Below are positions 19,990-30,929 of a stretch of DNA of 64,000 bases, one piece after another; the stretch's first letter is position 1, and each line of letters opens with the position of its first letter. The stretch comes from Shigella phage Sf25. Under the pieces are notes generated by a model, which was not told where the DNA came from, searched no databases, and saw nothing but the letters and a program-made list of their open reading frames with translations. The translations under genes were made by a program, and so were the position numbers. The DNA lies in sequence record MF327009; one strand, given 5' to 3'.

Positions 19990-20929
19990 ATGCTAATTGA
20001 ATGAAAAGATAAGCTAAATGTAATTCAGTGTTAGCTGCAATACCATGATACTGATTATTTTCACCAACAATTTCGTACATACGAATAATACTTTGCGGAG
20101 TTACACGTGAATAGATTTCTTCGGCAAGTTTACCCACGAACCACGAATAATCAGCTGCATATTTTGGTGCTAAAGCTCTGAGTTGTTTAACATCTTTATT
20201 TTTGAGAGACTCAAGAACATCATCAATAGCACCACGATCGTTAGTAACCAGTGATAAAATACCAGCATCCAAAACACCTTTAGATGAATAACTATCGAGC
20301 TCACCAATAGTTTTACGAAAATCAGGAAAATTCTTTTTAACCAAAGCTGCTACAACTTTCATATCAGCTATAGCAATTCCTTCATGCTTGCAGATTTCAG
20401 TCAATCGACGAATCATCTGCTTCATCATTTCAATTTTATCTTCATCGGTCGGTTGACCGAATGTAATAACTCGGCAGCGTGACTGGAGAGGTTTAATAAT
20501 ACCATCAATATTGTTAGCAGTAATAATAATACTACAGTTTGAACTATAAGCTTCCATAAAGGAACGAAGATGTCGCTGAGACTCTGCTAACCCTGAGCGG
20601 TCAAATTCATCAATAACGATTACTTTTTGACGACCATCAAATGAAGCGGCGCTGGCAAAATTAGTCAAAGGACCACGAACGAAATCAATTTTACAATCTG
20701 ACCCATTCACAAACATCATATCAGCATTTACATCATGACACAATGCTTTCGCTACAGTTGTTTTACCTGTTCCTGGAGAAGGAGAATGAAGAATAATATG
20801 TGGAATTTTACCTTTACTTGTAATAGATTTAAAGGTTTCTTTATCAAAGGCGGGAAGAATACATTCATCGATAGTAGATGGACGATATTTCTGTTCAAGA
20901 ATGTGTTCTTTTTCATTTACGGTAATCAT
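19970..20929 (-). CDS. 44: clamp-loader ATPase gp44
   Basis: Walker A GTGKTT, SRC motif; start taken at MITVNEKEH (319 aa as in T4). Confidence 0.9.
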
Positions 20930-20963
20930 AATTTCCTCATACAAGTTTTAGTGTAAATTATAA

Positions 20964-20977
20964 AGGGCCGAAGCCCT
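20964..20977 (-). other. intercistronic RNA stem-loop (UUCG tetraloop) between 45 and 44
   Basis: agggc-cgaa-gccct on plus strand. Confidence 0.4.
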
Positions 20978-20980
20978 CTA

Positions 20981-21667
20981 TTAAAAATCGTGGGTAGAAT
21001 CAGCTTCAAGAGCTACTACATAATTCGCATGTTCACCTTCAAATTTAGCAGCGCCTTGTTTACCTTTTGCCCAAAGCAGAAGTTTATAATTTCCTGGTTG
21101 CATTTTCATATTTGCCATATTGATAATGAAATTAAATGTATTTTCACCATCATAATCACCAAGAGTCAAAGAATATTTAACACGGGTAAGAGCAGAATCT
21201 TCTACTTTATTAAAACCGTTAATTACGATTTTACCTTCTTTTACCGTGATAGCAATTGTATCAATTTGCAGACCACGAGATACACGCAACAGCTGTTGAA
21301 GGTCTTCAGCTTTAATTTCAGTAACAACAGATGCTACCGGGAATGGAATTGGTTTATTAGGAGCAACTACTGTACTCGGATCGGCTGCTGGCCAAAAAAT
21401 TGTTGAACGAGCATCAGCAATTTTAATATTTCCATCTTCTGACTGGGAAATTTCTGCATCATCATTAACTAGAGACAGAATACCGAGAAAACCGTTCAAA
21501 TCGTAAATTGCTACATCAAAATCAATAACGTCAGAAATATTTGCTTCCGCATAAGTTGTACCATTAACTGCGCGAGTCATAATAAATTGACCGGATTTAA
21601 GCATAATACCGGAGTTAATAGTAGCGAAATTTTTAAGCAGAGCAGTAGTATCTTTAGACAGTTTCAT
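20981..21667 (-). CDS. 45: sliding clamp gp45
   Basis: 228 aa, same length as T4 gp45; position. Confidence 0.9.
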   Translation of the reverse strand: MKLSKDTTALLKNFATINSGIMLKSGQFIMTRAVNGTTYAEANISDVIDFDVAIYDLNGFLGILSLVNDDAEISQSEDGNIKIADARSTIFWPAADPSTVVAPNKPIPFPVASVVTEIKAEDLQQLLRVSRGLQIDTIAITVKEGKIVINGFNKVEDSALTRVKYSLTLGDYDGENTFNFIINMANMKMQPGNYKLLLWAKGKQGAAKFEGEHANYVVALEADSTHDF

Positions 21668-21722
21668 GTAATTTCCTTCAATTCAAATGAGATTTAATTT
21701 TATAACTAATTTAATAAAGCAA

Positions 21723-22112
21723 TTAACGATTAAAATCAGCCGCAATTGTTTCAGCAACAATTTGAGCAGCAACAATTAGGCGTTCATCTGCATTACCGCA
21801 ATATTCATCTTCTAAACGTTCACCGCATGAAGTCATAATAAATTTAGCACCGGCGTTTAGGGATTCTGCAGTATGTTTGCGCATTAGTTCAATCCATTTA
21901 TTACTTACTTCACGATCGATAGCTTCATAATACGCATGACGAGCAGGTGCAGATTTAATTTTGTTCTGAATAACTTCCATTGCGTTATCAGAAAGAGACA
22001 AAACCCATGCGCGACGAATTTTATTTTGGTTTTGCGGATTTGAGTCAGAACGCACGTGTTTTGGCTGAATATCTTTTACATCAACAGTATAATTCACAGT
22101 AATTTTAGTCAT
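21723..22112 (-). CDS. rpbA: RNA-polymerase-binding protein RpbA
   Basis: 129 aa, same length as T4 RpbA, between 46 and 45. Confidence 0.6.
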   Translation of the reverse strand: MTKITVNYTVDVKDIQPKHVRSDSNPQNQNKIRRAWVLSLSDNAMEVIQNKIKSAPARHAYYEAIDREVSNKWIELMRKHTAESLNAGAKFIMTSCGERLEDEYCGNADERLIVAAQIVAETIAADFNR

Positions 22113-22121
22113 AATACACCT

Positions 22122-22310
22122 TTAGTCATAATAATCAGTAACAGTCCAAGCTTCATTTCTATTGGACATTATTTTTGTATATTCTGCTTTAAATGCATTC
22201 CTAAGCATAGATTCAGTAACTATATGCTCTTCATTAGAAAAATTATTTCTCAGAATATATCGTTTTATTTCAGGAAAAGTTAATAGATGCTGTCCAGTTG
22301 AATATTCCAT
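22122..22310 (-). CDS. hypothetical protein (62 aa)
   Basis: Minus-strand ORF; a 10-bp inverted repeat lies upstream at 22321-22365. Confidence 0.4.
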   Translation of the reverse strand: MEYSTGQHLLTFPEIKRYILRNNFSNEEHIVTESMLRNAFKAEYTKIMSNRNEAWTVTDYYD

Positions 22311-22365
22311 GTTTTTCCTCCATAGAGATTATACTCTAATAAATTAAAGCATAATCTCTTATAAA

Positions 22366-24048
22366 TTAAACCATTACAGTAAATCGACCAACTTTCTTCA
22401 TTTGAAGATGCTGACCATATTCTTGCGGGTCATGGTCTTTATGCGAAATTATAAAAACATTAGTGTTTTTCATTGAATTTATAATATTAGCTACACCTTT
22501 AATACCTTCGGCATCAAATGACCCATCAAACACTTCATCGAGTATTAACGTACTAATACTAACACCAGATACAATAGAAGCAATATCACGCCAAGTAAAT
22601 AAAAGAGCAATATCAATTCGTGCTTTTTCACCTTCACTAAATGAAGCATAACTAAAATCTTCACGACCACGGGATTTAATTGTCTCATTAAATTCTTCAT
22701 CTAATGTAAACACATAATCCGCTTCCATTATTTTAAGATAATGGTTAATCTGCTTATTAAATAATGGAACGTACTTTTTAATAATAGCACCTTTAATACC
22801 AGAATCTTTGAGCATATCAGTCAAAATTCCTCGGTGGTATTTTTCCATTACTAAATTAGTTTTTGTCTTAACAATTTTATCAAGTTCTTCTTGAAGCAGT
22901 GCTATTTCATCAGCATGGTCAATAAACTCAGAAGATGCTTTTTCTATAGCTGCTTTAACTTTTTTAGCTTTATCTACCGTCGTGATTAGAGATTGCTTTT
23001 TATTGCGAATATCATTTGCCAACGACTGCTGAGTTTTAATATTATCTCGGTATTCATCAACAAGAACTTTTAAATTATCACGGTGTGTTGAAAGCTGTTC
23101 AAACGAATGCGTACATTCAGAAACTTTATCTTTAATTTTAGAAACAACTTTATCACCGGAACTTAATTGTGACAAACAGGTTGGACATAATCCACCTTCG
23201 TGATACATATTAATGACTTTATTATACGAGTCAATTTTTGATTTAATTAAAACTGCTTCTTGACCGATTTTATTAAATGCATCAGTCGGGTCTTCATCCA
23301 AAACAATATTAACTAATCTTTCGTTAGCTTCTTCTATTTCCGATTTTAGCGTTCTAGCTTCTTTTGCCAAATCATCATACATATTTTGTAGACGTGTAAG
23401 GTTGTCACCCGTTAATTTTTTCTGGCGTTCAACGTTATCATTATATATTTTAATTTGTTGGATAATACTATCTTTTTTAACATCAAGCACTTGGTTCTGC
23501 GAATTTAATTCACGTATTAGTGCTTTATTAAGCTTATCCATTTCAGCTAATGTTCCTACCTCAAGCAGGTCTTCCACAAGCTTTCTTCGCGCAGGGGTCG
23601 ACAAACCCATGAAAGGGGTATACCCTGCTGTACCAAGGACAACAATCTGCTTGAAACTGGCATATGACATTCCGATAAGCTGTTCAAATTCTGCTTGGAA
23701 ATCTTTACTGCTGGCAGATTCATTAAGACGTGTACCGTTAACGGTGATTTCGAAAACGTTTGGTTTTTGTCCTCTTTTGATATAGTACTTTTTCTCATCA
23801 TATTCCATCCACAGTTCAACTAAAAGTTCTTTCTTATTTGTGCTGTTTATTAATTGACCTTTCTTTACATCACGAAATGGCTTGCCAAAAAGCCCAAATG
23901 TGATGGCTTCTAACATAGTAGACTTACCACCGCCATTTCGGCCAGTAATAAGAGTTTTTTGAACCTTATCTAATTGAATGTCAATAGGATTTCCACCTAC
24001 TGACATTATATTTTGATACCTAACTCGGTTTAGTTTAAAATTCTTCAC
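22366..24048 (-). CDS. 46: recombination nuclease subunit gp46 (Rad50/SbcC-like ATPase)
   Basis: 560 aa; Walker A GRNGGGKST, central coiled coil with CPTC hook, signature and Walker B LILDEVFDG. Confidence 0.9.
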   Translation of the reverse strand: MKNFKLNRVRYQNIMSVGGNPIDIQLDKVQKTLITGRNGGGKSTMLEAITFGLFGKPFRDVKKGQLINSTNKKELLVELWMEYDEKKYYIKRGQKPNVFEITVNGTRLNESASSKDFQAEFEQLIGMSYASFKQIVVLGTAGYTPFMGLSTPARRKLVEDLLEVGTLAEMDKLNKALIRELNSQNQVLDVKKDSIIQQIKIYNDNVERQKKLTGDNLTRLQNMYDDLAKEARTLKSEIEEANERLVNIVLDEDPTDAFNKIGQEAVLIKSKIDSYNKVINMYHEGGLCPTCLSQLSSGDKVVSKIKDKVSECTHSFEQLSTHRDNLKVLVDEYRDNIKTQQSLANDIRNKKQSLITTVDKAKKVKAAIEKASSEFIDHADEIALLQEELDKIVKTKTNLVMEKYHRGILTDMLKDSGIKGAIIKKYVPLFNKQINHYLKIMEADYVFTLDEEFNETIKSRGREDFSYASFSEGEKARIDIALLFTWRDIASIVSGVSISTLILDEVFDGSFDAEGIKGVANIINSMKNTNVFIISHKDHDPQEYGQHLQMKKVGRFTVMV

Positions 24049-24308
24049 AAAAGATTCCTTTTAATGTATCTTTTAGACCATTCTATCATATCATCATAAT
24101 CTAAAAAGTATTCATCAAATTCAGCCATGCAAACAACACCTTGTACTGTTTTTGATGTAATATAAATTATTCCAACATATCTGGAATCTTCTTCGGTGTA
24201 ATCAATATTTGCTACGAATTCATCGTTAATGTCAAATGTCGAAAACTTCACAGTATGCATCCTTAATACAAGATACAGCCATATCTCGTAATGATTTAGG
24301 TGTGTCAT
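24045..24308 (-). CDS. hypothetical protein (87 aa)
   Basis: Minus-strand ORF between 47 and 46. Confidence 0.4.
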   Translation of the reverse strand: MTHLNHYEIWLYLVLRMHTVKFSTFDINDEFVANIDYTEEDSRYVGIIYITSKTVQGVVCMAEFDEYFLDYDDMIEWSKRYIKRNLL

Positions 24309-24495
24309 TATCTAAAATGTTGAAGTTAAAAGATACAGCCCAGTCAGTGCAGACCGTAACCTTTTTAATACAATCATCTTCAACCTCTAGCGGTTCAAAC
24401 CAATATTCAATAATTTCTTTATTCCCAATATCATCTTTTACTTCGCATTCAAAATGCTGACTCATCATAACATTTTTAAATTCATCAAAAGTCAT
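24232..24495 (-). CDS. hypothetical protein (87 aa)
   Basis: Minus-strand ORF between 47 and 46. Confidence 0.4.
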   Translation of the reverse strand: MTFDEFKNVMMSQHFECEVKDDIGNKEIIEYWFEPLEVEDDCIKKVTVCTDWAVSFNFNILDNDTPKSLRDMAVSCIKDAYCEVFDI

Positions 24496-25511
24496 TGTGT
24501 TGCCTCTACATATAACTGATTTGCATATTGAATAAGTGCTTCGCGATCAGAATCAGTGATGTCTGGAATTGCATTAATGTATTCTTCCATCAACGTCTGA
24601 AGAGATTGAACTTCCACTTCTTCGCTATCATCTGACTCAACAGAGTTATCAATCTTTGACACAACTCGTAATGAATGCACAACTTTTTCTAGTTCAGATT
24701 CGAACTTCGTTAAATTTTTGTCTACTTCAGTTACTATAACACGCACTGATAGATTTGTAAAATCTTTATAGTCAATTTTTCCCTTAAATGGATATTGAAT
24801 TCGACGATGCCAGGTAGTGTTGTTTGGAATAAATTCCATTCGTTCTGTTTCTGTATCAAACATCCAGAACCCGCGAGGGTCATTCTCGTCACCTGCAGTT
24901 AGTGTCCATGGTGTCCCAATATATCTGACGTTAGCAGCCTCAGAGATAGTATGGAAGTGACCAGACCACACTTCTTTATAAGTCTTAAGGAAATCAGGTT
25001 CAAGACCATGAGATTTCATTCCTTTATAAAAATAAAATCCGTTCAGTTCCCAGTGACCAACGCAAAAAGAAGCAAATGAAGTTTTGATGTGTTCAAGAAT
25101 TTCACCAGTATTTTCTTCGCACATCCAAGGAATTAAATCAATCAAACATCCGTCAAAATCTACTGTAGTAGGCTTATCATATACTTTAACATTAGAATAT
25201 TTAGCCAAAAGCTCAGTAGAAGCATTTGGAGTTAAAGTATTTTTAAAGTGCATATCATGGTTTCCTACAACAGTATGTAGGGTAATACCAGCATCATCAA
25301 GCATTTGAACTATTTCACGGGCGAACTCCATAGTTTTATGTGTGATTGCTTTTCGCACATCAAAAATATCGCCGTATTGAATCCATGTAGTAATTCCATT
25401 TTTCTTAGAATATTCTATTGCTTGTTTAATTCCATCCAACTGAATGGATTGAACCCACTCATCATCGGCTTTAACACCTAAATGCCAATCACCTAAATTT
25501 AAAATTTTCAT
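24492..25511 (-). CDS. 47: recombination nuclease subunit gp47 (Mre11/SbcD-like)
   Basis: 339 aa; phosphoesterase motifs GDWHLG, GDIFD, GNHD. Confidence 0.9.
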   Translation of the reverse strand: MKILNLGDWHLGVKADDEWVQSIQLDGIKQAIEYSKKNGITTWIQYGDIFDVRKAITHKTMEFAREIVQMLDDAGITLHTVVGNHDMHFKNTLTPNASTELLAKYSNVKVYDKPTTVDFDGCLIDLIPWMCEENTGEILEHIKTSFASFCVGHWELNGFYFYKGMKSHGLEPDFLKTYKEVWSGHFHTISEAANVRYIGTPWTLTAGDENDPRGFWMFDTETERMEFIPNNTTWHRRIQYPFKGKIDYKDFTNLSVRVIVTEVDKNLTKFESELEKVVHSLRVVSKIDNSVESDDSEEVEVQSLQTLMEEYINAIPDITDSDREALIQYANQLYVEATQ

Positions 25512-25670
25512 ATATCAAGAACCGTCATTGAAATGCAAAATAAAATTATTGAAATAAATCCATCTGGAGTGCTAAAGAACCCAATCCAACATGCTCTAGT
25601 GAATAGATAAAATGCGAGAAAAAGTATCACATATCCAAGAAATATCATTATATCAAACTCCGTATAAAGC

Positions 25671-25688
25671 TAAAGGGCCGAAGCCCTT
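25671..25688 (-). other. RNA stem-loop (UUCG tetraloop) at the 3' end of alpha-gt
   Basis: aaagggc-cgaa-gcccttt on plus strand. Confidence 0.4.
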
Positions 25689-26890
25689 TATTTTGTAATA
25701 ATGTCAAACTGTTCTTTAAAGCAGAAGCTTGAATCTTGATGCTGATACAAAAATTCATAAGCTTTTTCGCGTTCACGGTCATAAAGAGTTCGGTCAGATG
25801 ACAGTTCTTTAATACGCTCAAATGTTGATTCCATGTCATTTTCATCAAACCAAACGATACCGCTATCATGAGAAATTAACGGAGTATTATCAACACGGAA
25901 TTTTAAATTTTCGCCAGTAGATTTCCAAAATACCGGAATTGTTCCACATGCACCAAGCTCGAGATGAGTATATTCTAAAGAACGTTGTAGATATTTTTTG
26001 TCCAACTTACTCAGCTGATAACCAAATCCGGATTTACTCATGCGTTCAAGCATTTCGCTATTTACATAACGGTCAAGAATTTGCGTTGGCAAATTAGGAG
26101 CAATTTTAATTTGGTCTACTTGATGAAGACGATAATACTCGTATGGAATTCCTTTTTCTTTAATAGGAATGAACGCTGGAGAACGTTCCAGACCTTCCAT
26201 AATAGTACTTAGTCCTGCAGGTTTAAGATGTTTTTCATGAAAATCAAACATCTGATAAAAACCTTTCCATGTAGTCGTACGACCAATCCAACGGTTGATA
26301 TTCATGTTAATTTCAGAAACATCTTTCCAGTAGGTTGACCGAACCTTCGCAATATCCATAGGAGGCTGAAAGTTATATACTGTCGGTGCTTCTTCAATAT
26401 CATCAAACAGAGAAACTGTTTCAGGATACCATTCTTTCATCAGAACTTTATTAAAATCACCATTATCAGAATGGCTAAAAATAACATCAGCTCGACGAAC
26501 AGTTTCTTCTAATCCCAAATTTCGGCGCAAAGAAAGAGAAGAATGGTCATGTTGATAAACTACAACACGAACAGAAGGTTTAATGTTATCAATAATTTTT
26601 TTATAGTTATTAATAGTGTCTTCTTCAACCGAAGTAGCAGGAACTGAATTGATAATTAGAATATCACAATCATTTACCAGCTTAAGTGTTTTATCATATT
26701 CTTTTGCCAATAAAACCGGAATTGAAAATGATTTATAATCATGCGCGCAATTACGAGTAAATGATTTATCTTTAGCATAAACCAAAGTTACTTCATGACC
26801 ATTCTTAATAAACCAATCACGTTGCTCAAGAGAAAATTTAGTTACACCACAACCTTCAAGACCTCGAGCCATAAAAATACATACTTTCAT
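25688..26890 (-). CDS. agt: DNA alpha-glucosyltransferase
   Basis: 400 aa; N-terminus M-x-CIFMARGLEGCGVTKFSLEQRDWFIKNGHEVTLVYAKDKSF matches T4 alpha-gt as recalled. Confidence 0.8.
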   Translation of the reverse strand: MKVCIFMARGLEGCGVTKFSLEQRDWFIKNGHEVTLVYAKDKSFTRNCAHDYKSFSIPVLLAKEYDKTLKLVNDCDILIINSVPATSVEEDTINNYKKIIDNIKPSVRVVVYQHDHSSLSLRRNLGLEETVRRADVIFSHSDNGDFNKVLMKEWYPETVSLFDDIEEAPTVYNFQPPMDIAKVRSTYWKDVSEINMNINRWIGRTTTWKGFYQMFDFHEKHLKPAGLSTIMEGLERSPAFIPIKEKGIPYEYYRLHQVDQIKIAPNLPTQILDRYVNSEMLERMSKSGFGYQLSKLDKKYLQRSLEYTHLELGACGTIPVFWKSTGENLKFRVDNTPLISHDSGIVWFDENDMESTFERIKELSSDRTLYDREREKAYEFLYQHQDSSFCFKEQFDIITK

Positions 26891-27133
26891 TTAATATCCT
26901 CTTTGTTTTGGTTTATTTTACCAAAAATTTATAAAGCAATATAGGAGCCGAAGCTCCTATCCACATAATACGCCATACAGAGGCTCATTAGAACTTTTAA
27001 ATTTTATGCGCTTATATTTTATAGTTCCTTCTGCTTTAGCTTTATCATGAGACGCTTTAAAGAGTCTCATCATTTCCTCTTTAGAGGAACGAATTTTATT
27101 ATAATCTATTTCAGAAGTCTGGGTGTTCATCTT

Positions 27134-27340
27134 TCATAACTGCCACCATTTTTTGACTTGATAAGAATCAACCCACACTTTCATATTAGGGTCTGCTCTT
27201 ACAATAGGAGGATTAACTTCTTTAATTGAACTATCATGGTATTCTTTTTCAGAAATTTTCACACAAAGATGACCATTCAAAGATTCAGTAAATCCTGCAT
27301 TAATTTTAAGACGCTTGAATTTTACGTGTGTAAGCATCAA
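27134..27340 (-). CDS. hypothetical protein (68 aa)
   Basis: Minus-strand ORF. Confidence 0.35.
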   Translation of the reverse strand: MMLTHVKFKRLKINAGFTESLNGHLCVKISEKEYHDSSIKEVNPPIVRADPNMKVWVDSYQVKKWWQL

Positions 27341-27623
27341 TCATATCCTCAATTTGCGATCTAGTAGTCTTCCAAAGAATACTGATGAGTTCATCGTTAT
27401 ATGGCTGTTTTAGAATATCCCGACTTTTCTTGATAGCATATTCGTATTGAGCAAAATTATTATTTTCAGCTGCGATCTGAGCGTGCTTATAAAGACGATT
27501 CAGTTCGCGTTTGTTTTTAGACAATAACTTATTTGCTTTTCTTTCTGCTTCAAGACGGTTCTTTTCTTCAATAGAAGAAATAAGCTTTTCCACTTCATCA
27601 TTAATTTCGGGTTTATCAGTCAT
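27306..27623 (-). CDS. hypothetical protein (105 aa)
   Basis: Minus-strand ORF. Confidence 0.4.
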   Translation of the reverse strand: MTDKPEINDEVEKLISSIEEKNRLEAERKANKLLSKNKRELNRLYKHAQIAAENNNFAQYEYAIKKSRDILKQPYNDELISILWKTTRSQIEDMIDAYTRKIQAS

Positions 27624-27624
27624 A

Positions 27625-27843
27625 TTATTTCTCTAATATAAAATAAAAATCATCATCTGTTAAATGATACCGATAGTTTAATTCTACACCATTAGATTTA
27701 AAAGCGGTATCATACGGATTTTCTGGATCAATATCAATGTCAAGAGCTAAAACTTCCCTGAGATACATTTTAAGTAAATAGGGAATAGCTTCAACTTCAG
27801 GTATTTCTTCCAAGAATCCGGAGAGGTTAATCGTTAGCCTCAT
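27625..27843 (-). CDS. hypothetical protein (72 aa)
   Basis: Minus-strand ORF immediately downstream of gene 55. Confidence 0.4.
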
Positions 27844-28384
27844 ATAAAAAATCCAAACTAGGAGAATCGTCTACAACACTTTTCTTTTCAGCCCCCGGTG
27901 TTCTATAGGTTGATTCTTCGTAATGCGTCATTTTATCATAGATGTCTTGAATAAAAGTTTCATCTACTAACGCAACCATATCGTCGTCACGACTGTCATA
28001 GACATTGTGAACGAAGTAACTATATTTCTTTGCAACTTCCTTACGTTCTTTTTTAATACGCTGGACGAATGCATTAAAACAAGCTTGAGTTATATACGCA
28101 TGTGGGTTTTTATATTTCGTTTCATCAAAATTATGAAGCCCCTTAATAGAAGCTTCTATACCATCTGCAATCATTTCTTGTTTCCAAGACTGGGTGTATC
28201 CTGAAAAGTTGAAACGTTTAGATAAGCCTTCTGCAATAAGCATAATGGCTAATCCAATAGTATCATTTTGACGAACTACTTTATTTGGGTCTTTATTATT
28301 TGCTAATTCTGTTTTCCAATCAATAATAGCTTGTAAAAGCTCTTTATTGTTTACGTAATTATATTTAGGCTTAGTTTCTGACAT
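27827..28384 (-). CDS. 55: late-transcription sigma factor gp55
   Basis: [25 protein letters not shown]-terminus and 185 aa length as T4 gp55. Confidence 0.8.
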
Positions 28385-28462
28385 TTTCACCTCTTAGCTC
28401 AATTCATAGATCTATTATATCATAATATTTGAAGATCTATCTTAAAGCATAGAGGATATCAG

Positions 28463-28732
28463 TTATCTAAGTAAACAGTATGCTTGGAATACTTTTTCCA
28501 TCATCTTTTTAAATTCATGAATATCTATATAATGACTAGTTAAATCAGCATGATATAAAAAGTCTAAAAACTTTTCATGTGTACTAACATATTCGCTTTC
28601 ATTTAATTCAGAAACATGGCTTTCCCAATATCCAACACCAGTCTTATTTGGGAAAAATGAAATTTTCATGTATTGGTCAACATAGAAAATGCCATAATTT
28701 TCAATAGTAATAGAAATATTAATAAATTTCAT
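28463..28732 (-). CDS. hypothetical protein (89 aa)
   Basis: Minus-strand ORF. Confidence 0.4.
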   Translation of the reverse strand: MKFINISITIENYGIFYVDQYMKISFFPNKTGVGYWESHVSELNESEYVSTHEKFLDFLYHADLTSHYIDIHEFKKMMEKVFQAYCLLR

Positions 28733-28944
28733 ACATTCATCAACTTAGCCGCTTCAAGAGCTGCATCTAGTGAATCAAATTGGTCAACATATTCAATCAA
28801 TTCGCCATAATTGGCATATAACCACCATTGGCTAAATTCATACTCAAGGATGAATCCATTTCCTTCAATTTGAGTTAAACCATTGCCGTTTGTATTTACT
28901 TCATATCCGGCAAGACGCAAATCGTTAATAAGAGCTTCGTTCAT
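28729..28944 (-). CDS. hypothetical protein (71 aa)
   Basis: Minus-strand ORF; start overlaps upstream stop. Confidence 0.4.
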   Translation of the reverse strand: MNEALINDLRLAGYEVNTNGNGLTQIEGNGFILEYEFSQWWLYANYGELIEYVDQFDSLDAALEAAKLMNV

Positions 28945-28946
28945 AA

Positions 28947-29273
28947 TTATACCTTAGTAATTTTCAGGTCTGCAAATTTTTTCTTGCGTTGATTTTTCAT
29001 ACGACGAATAGTTTTATCGGAAATTTCATGTTTTTGATAAGCTTTAGATTCTACACCAAAAGCTTTAACATCAAATTCTGACAAGATATATTGAACCAAC
29101 AATTCACGGACAGTATTTCGTCCAATCTTCTGATCATTCTGTTTCATCGTCTGATGAAGCTCTTTTTCCCATTTATCCAAAATTTGAGGAGTTACAATAT
29201 CGCCTTTTTCTAGCAAAGAAACTACTTTATCATATGCGTAAGAATTGATGGCGTTTTTAATTTGAATAGTCAT
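28947..29273 (-). CDS. hypothetical protein (108 aa)
   Basis: Minus-strand ORF, basic C-terminus. Confidence 0.4.
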   Translation of the reverse strand: MTIQIKNAINSYAYDKVVSLLEKGDIVTPQILDKWEKELHQTMKQNDQKIGRNTVRELLVQYILSEFDVKAFGVESKAYQKHEISDKTIRRMKNQRKKKFADLKITKV

Positions 29274-29300
29274 ACATTATCCTCAATTGCGTTAAAATTT

Positions 29301-29328
29301 TATTATCCAAAAAGGGCCGAAGCCCTTA
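29301..29328 (-). terminator. rho-independent terminator
   Basis: agggc-cgaa-gccct hairpin followed by UUUUUGG on minus. Confidence 0.5.
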
Positions 29329-29526
29329 GCTAAACTTTTTGGCACCCTTCCAGCCTTCATACATCATTGCGGCTGATATTAATATTGCTCCTGAGCATTT
29401 TGAATATTTGGTATTCCAAAACCAGTTTAGAAAAACTTCGTCATCAATACCTTGGGCTATCATGTTTTCAAAGAACTGACGACGAGCTTCAGCAATTCGT
29501 TGTGATAATTTAGATTCAGGATTCAT
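29326..29526 (-). CDS. hypothetical protein (66 aa)
   Basis: Minus-strand ORF. Confidence 0.35.
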   Translation of the reverse strand: MNPESKLSQRIAEARRQFFENMIAQGIDDEVFLNWFWNTKYSKCSGAILISAAMMYEGWKGAKKFS

Positions 29527-29664
29527 TTAAATTTTCCAGTTACCGTTTTCATCAATAAATTCAATCCAGTCATTTACTGACCACTTAGTTGTATCGCCTT
29601 TGGGGCAGAATTTAAAGTGTATAACCCCTGCTTAAAAAGCATTCGTTTGATATTCATATTTTCC

Positions 29665-29997
29665 TCAACTGTAACGATAACATTTGTTTGATTTACGTTT
29701 TGCAACACGATGAGAAGTATTGTAATCCAAATCATCCTCAACGTATACATCTTTTTTCAACTGACGAACTTCTTTACGCAGTTGACGATTCATCTCATTC
29801 TTGACTTCTGAATCAACGCCATAAAAACGTTTCCATTTGTCCGAACGGAAGATATTTTTATTCAAAGTTTCTTCTGATACACCGTCAGGTGCTTTACGTC
29901 TAGCCATGCAATTAAAATCTTTAGAAGACAATTCTTTACGACGATACGTTTTACCCATGGAGTTTAATTTCCTTAGCAACTGAACTAAATGCAGCAC
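29665..29997 (-). CDS. hypothetical basic protein (110 aa)
   Basis: Minus-strand ORF, Lys/Arg-rich. Confidence 0.4.
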   Translation of the reverse strand: MLHLVQLLRKLNSMGKTYRRKELSSKDFNCMARRKAPDGVSEETLNKNIFRSDKWKRFYGVDSEVKNEMNRQLRKEVRQLKKDVYVEDDLDYNTSHRVAKRKSNKCYRYS

Positions 29998-30133
29998 GAT
30001 CGCAAATCATGCGTTTATGTAACTTGAGTATAATATAGCAAACTTCAAAACTATTTACATGAGTAACACGAACAGCATTACCATTAATGAGATAATACTG
30101 TCCCTTTTTAATTTCTTTATCAACCACAACCAT
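29951..30133 (-). CDS. hypothetical protein (60 aa)
   Basis: Minus-strand ORF preceded by an early promoter. Confidence 0.35.
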   Translation of the reverse strand: MVVVDKEIKKGQYYLINGNAVRVTHVNSFEVCYIILKLHKRMICDRAAFSSVAKEIKLHG

Positions 30134-30159
30134 ATCAATTCCTCAAAGGTAATTCATAT

Positions 30160-30195
30160 GTTAATAATACCACGGTTTGAACTTGTTGTAAACAA
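30160..30195 (-). promoter_or_regulatory. T4-type early promoter
   Basis: gtaaac at 30188-30193 on plus strand with an upstream A/T-rich tract on minus. Confidence 0.45.
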
Positions 30196-30261
30196 CTTTG
30201 TGAAAAATATTTTAGGGAATGATAAGAAAGGAACGATAGCTTAGAATGGTAATATACAGAA

Positions 30262-30290
30262 TGCGAGAAAGAAAGGCCCAGAGGGCCCGT
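30262..30290 (-). terminator. rho-independent terminator downstream of nrdH
   Basis: ggccc-aga-gggcc hairpin followed by a U-rich run on minus. Confidence 0.5.
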
Positions 30291-30291
30291 C

Positions 30292-30600
30292 TTAATCTTC
30301 TATGATATCTCTATCATATCCAAGTGAAATGAGAGTTTCTTTGAAGTGTTTAATGTTCTTTTGTCTAGAATCATTAATGAAAATGACTGGATAACGAATG
30401 TTAAGAGATGTGAATCCAGCGCGTTTAGCAAGAGATACAATCAGTGGACGATCATACTCAATCTTACCGTTATTTGTAAGAACTTTATAGAAAGTAAAAG
30501 GAGCATTGAGCTCCTTTAGAAGTTTTGTAACTGATTGACATCCAGGACAACGACCTACTTCATCTGGAATTCCATAGACTTCAATCTTATTTTGTTTCAC
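30292..30600 (-). CDS. nrdH: glutaredoxin-like protein NrdH
   Basis: 102 aa with CPGC redox motif, adjacent to nrdG and nrdD. Confidence 0.65.
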   Translation of the reverse strand: MKQNKIEVYGIPDEVGRCPGCQSVTKLLKELNAPFTFYKVLTNNGKIEYDRPLIVSLAKRAGFTSLNIRYPVIFINDSRQKNIKHFKETLISLGYDRDIIED

Positions 30601-30602
30601 AA

Positions 30603-30839
30603 CTATTCCTTACTAAGAGCAGCATTCAGCTTGTTAGTAATTTTATCCAGACGCTCATTGAACTCACTAGAAGATAGTCCTTTTTCTGGAGAAATCAAAC
30701 TAATCACGAAAAATATAGCAATAAAAGGAATAAGGAAAATAGCTCCAACTGCCATAAACAAAAAGAATGTTACAGTTGTAAGAAAATCAGCTAAACCTTT
30801 ACGAAATTTATACATATTTACCCTTAATTGATTAACCAA
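30603..30839 (-). CDS. small membrane protein (78 aa)
   Basis: Long central hydrophobic segment. Confidence 0.4.
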   Translation of the reverse strand: MVNQLRVNMYKFRKGLADFLTTVTFFLFMAVGAIFLIPFIAIFFVISLISPEKGLSSSEFNERLDKITNKLNAALSKE

Positions 30840-30929
30840 GCATTGATAAGCACTAAACTATATTGCGAATAAAATTCTGGACCAAAATGAAAAATCATAT
30901 CATTTATAGTGTCCATAATATAATTCAAT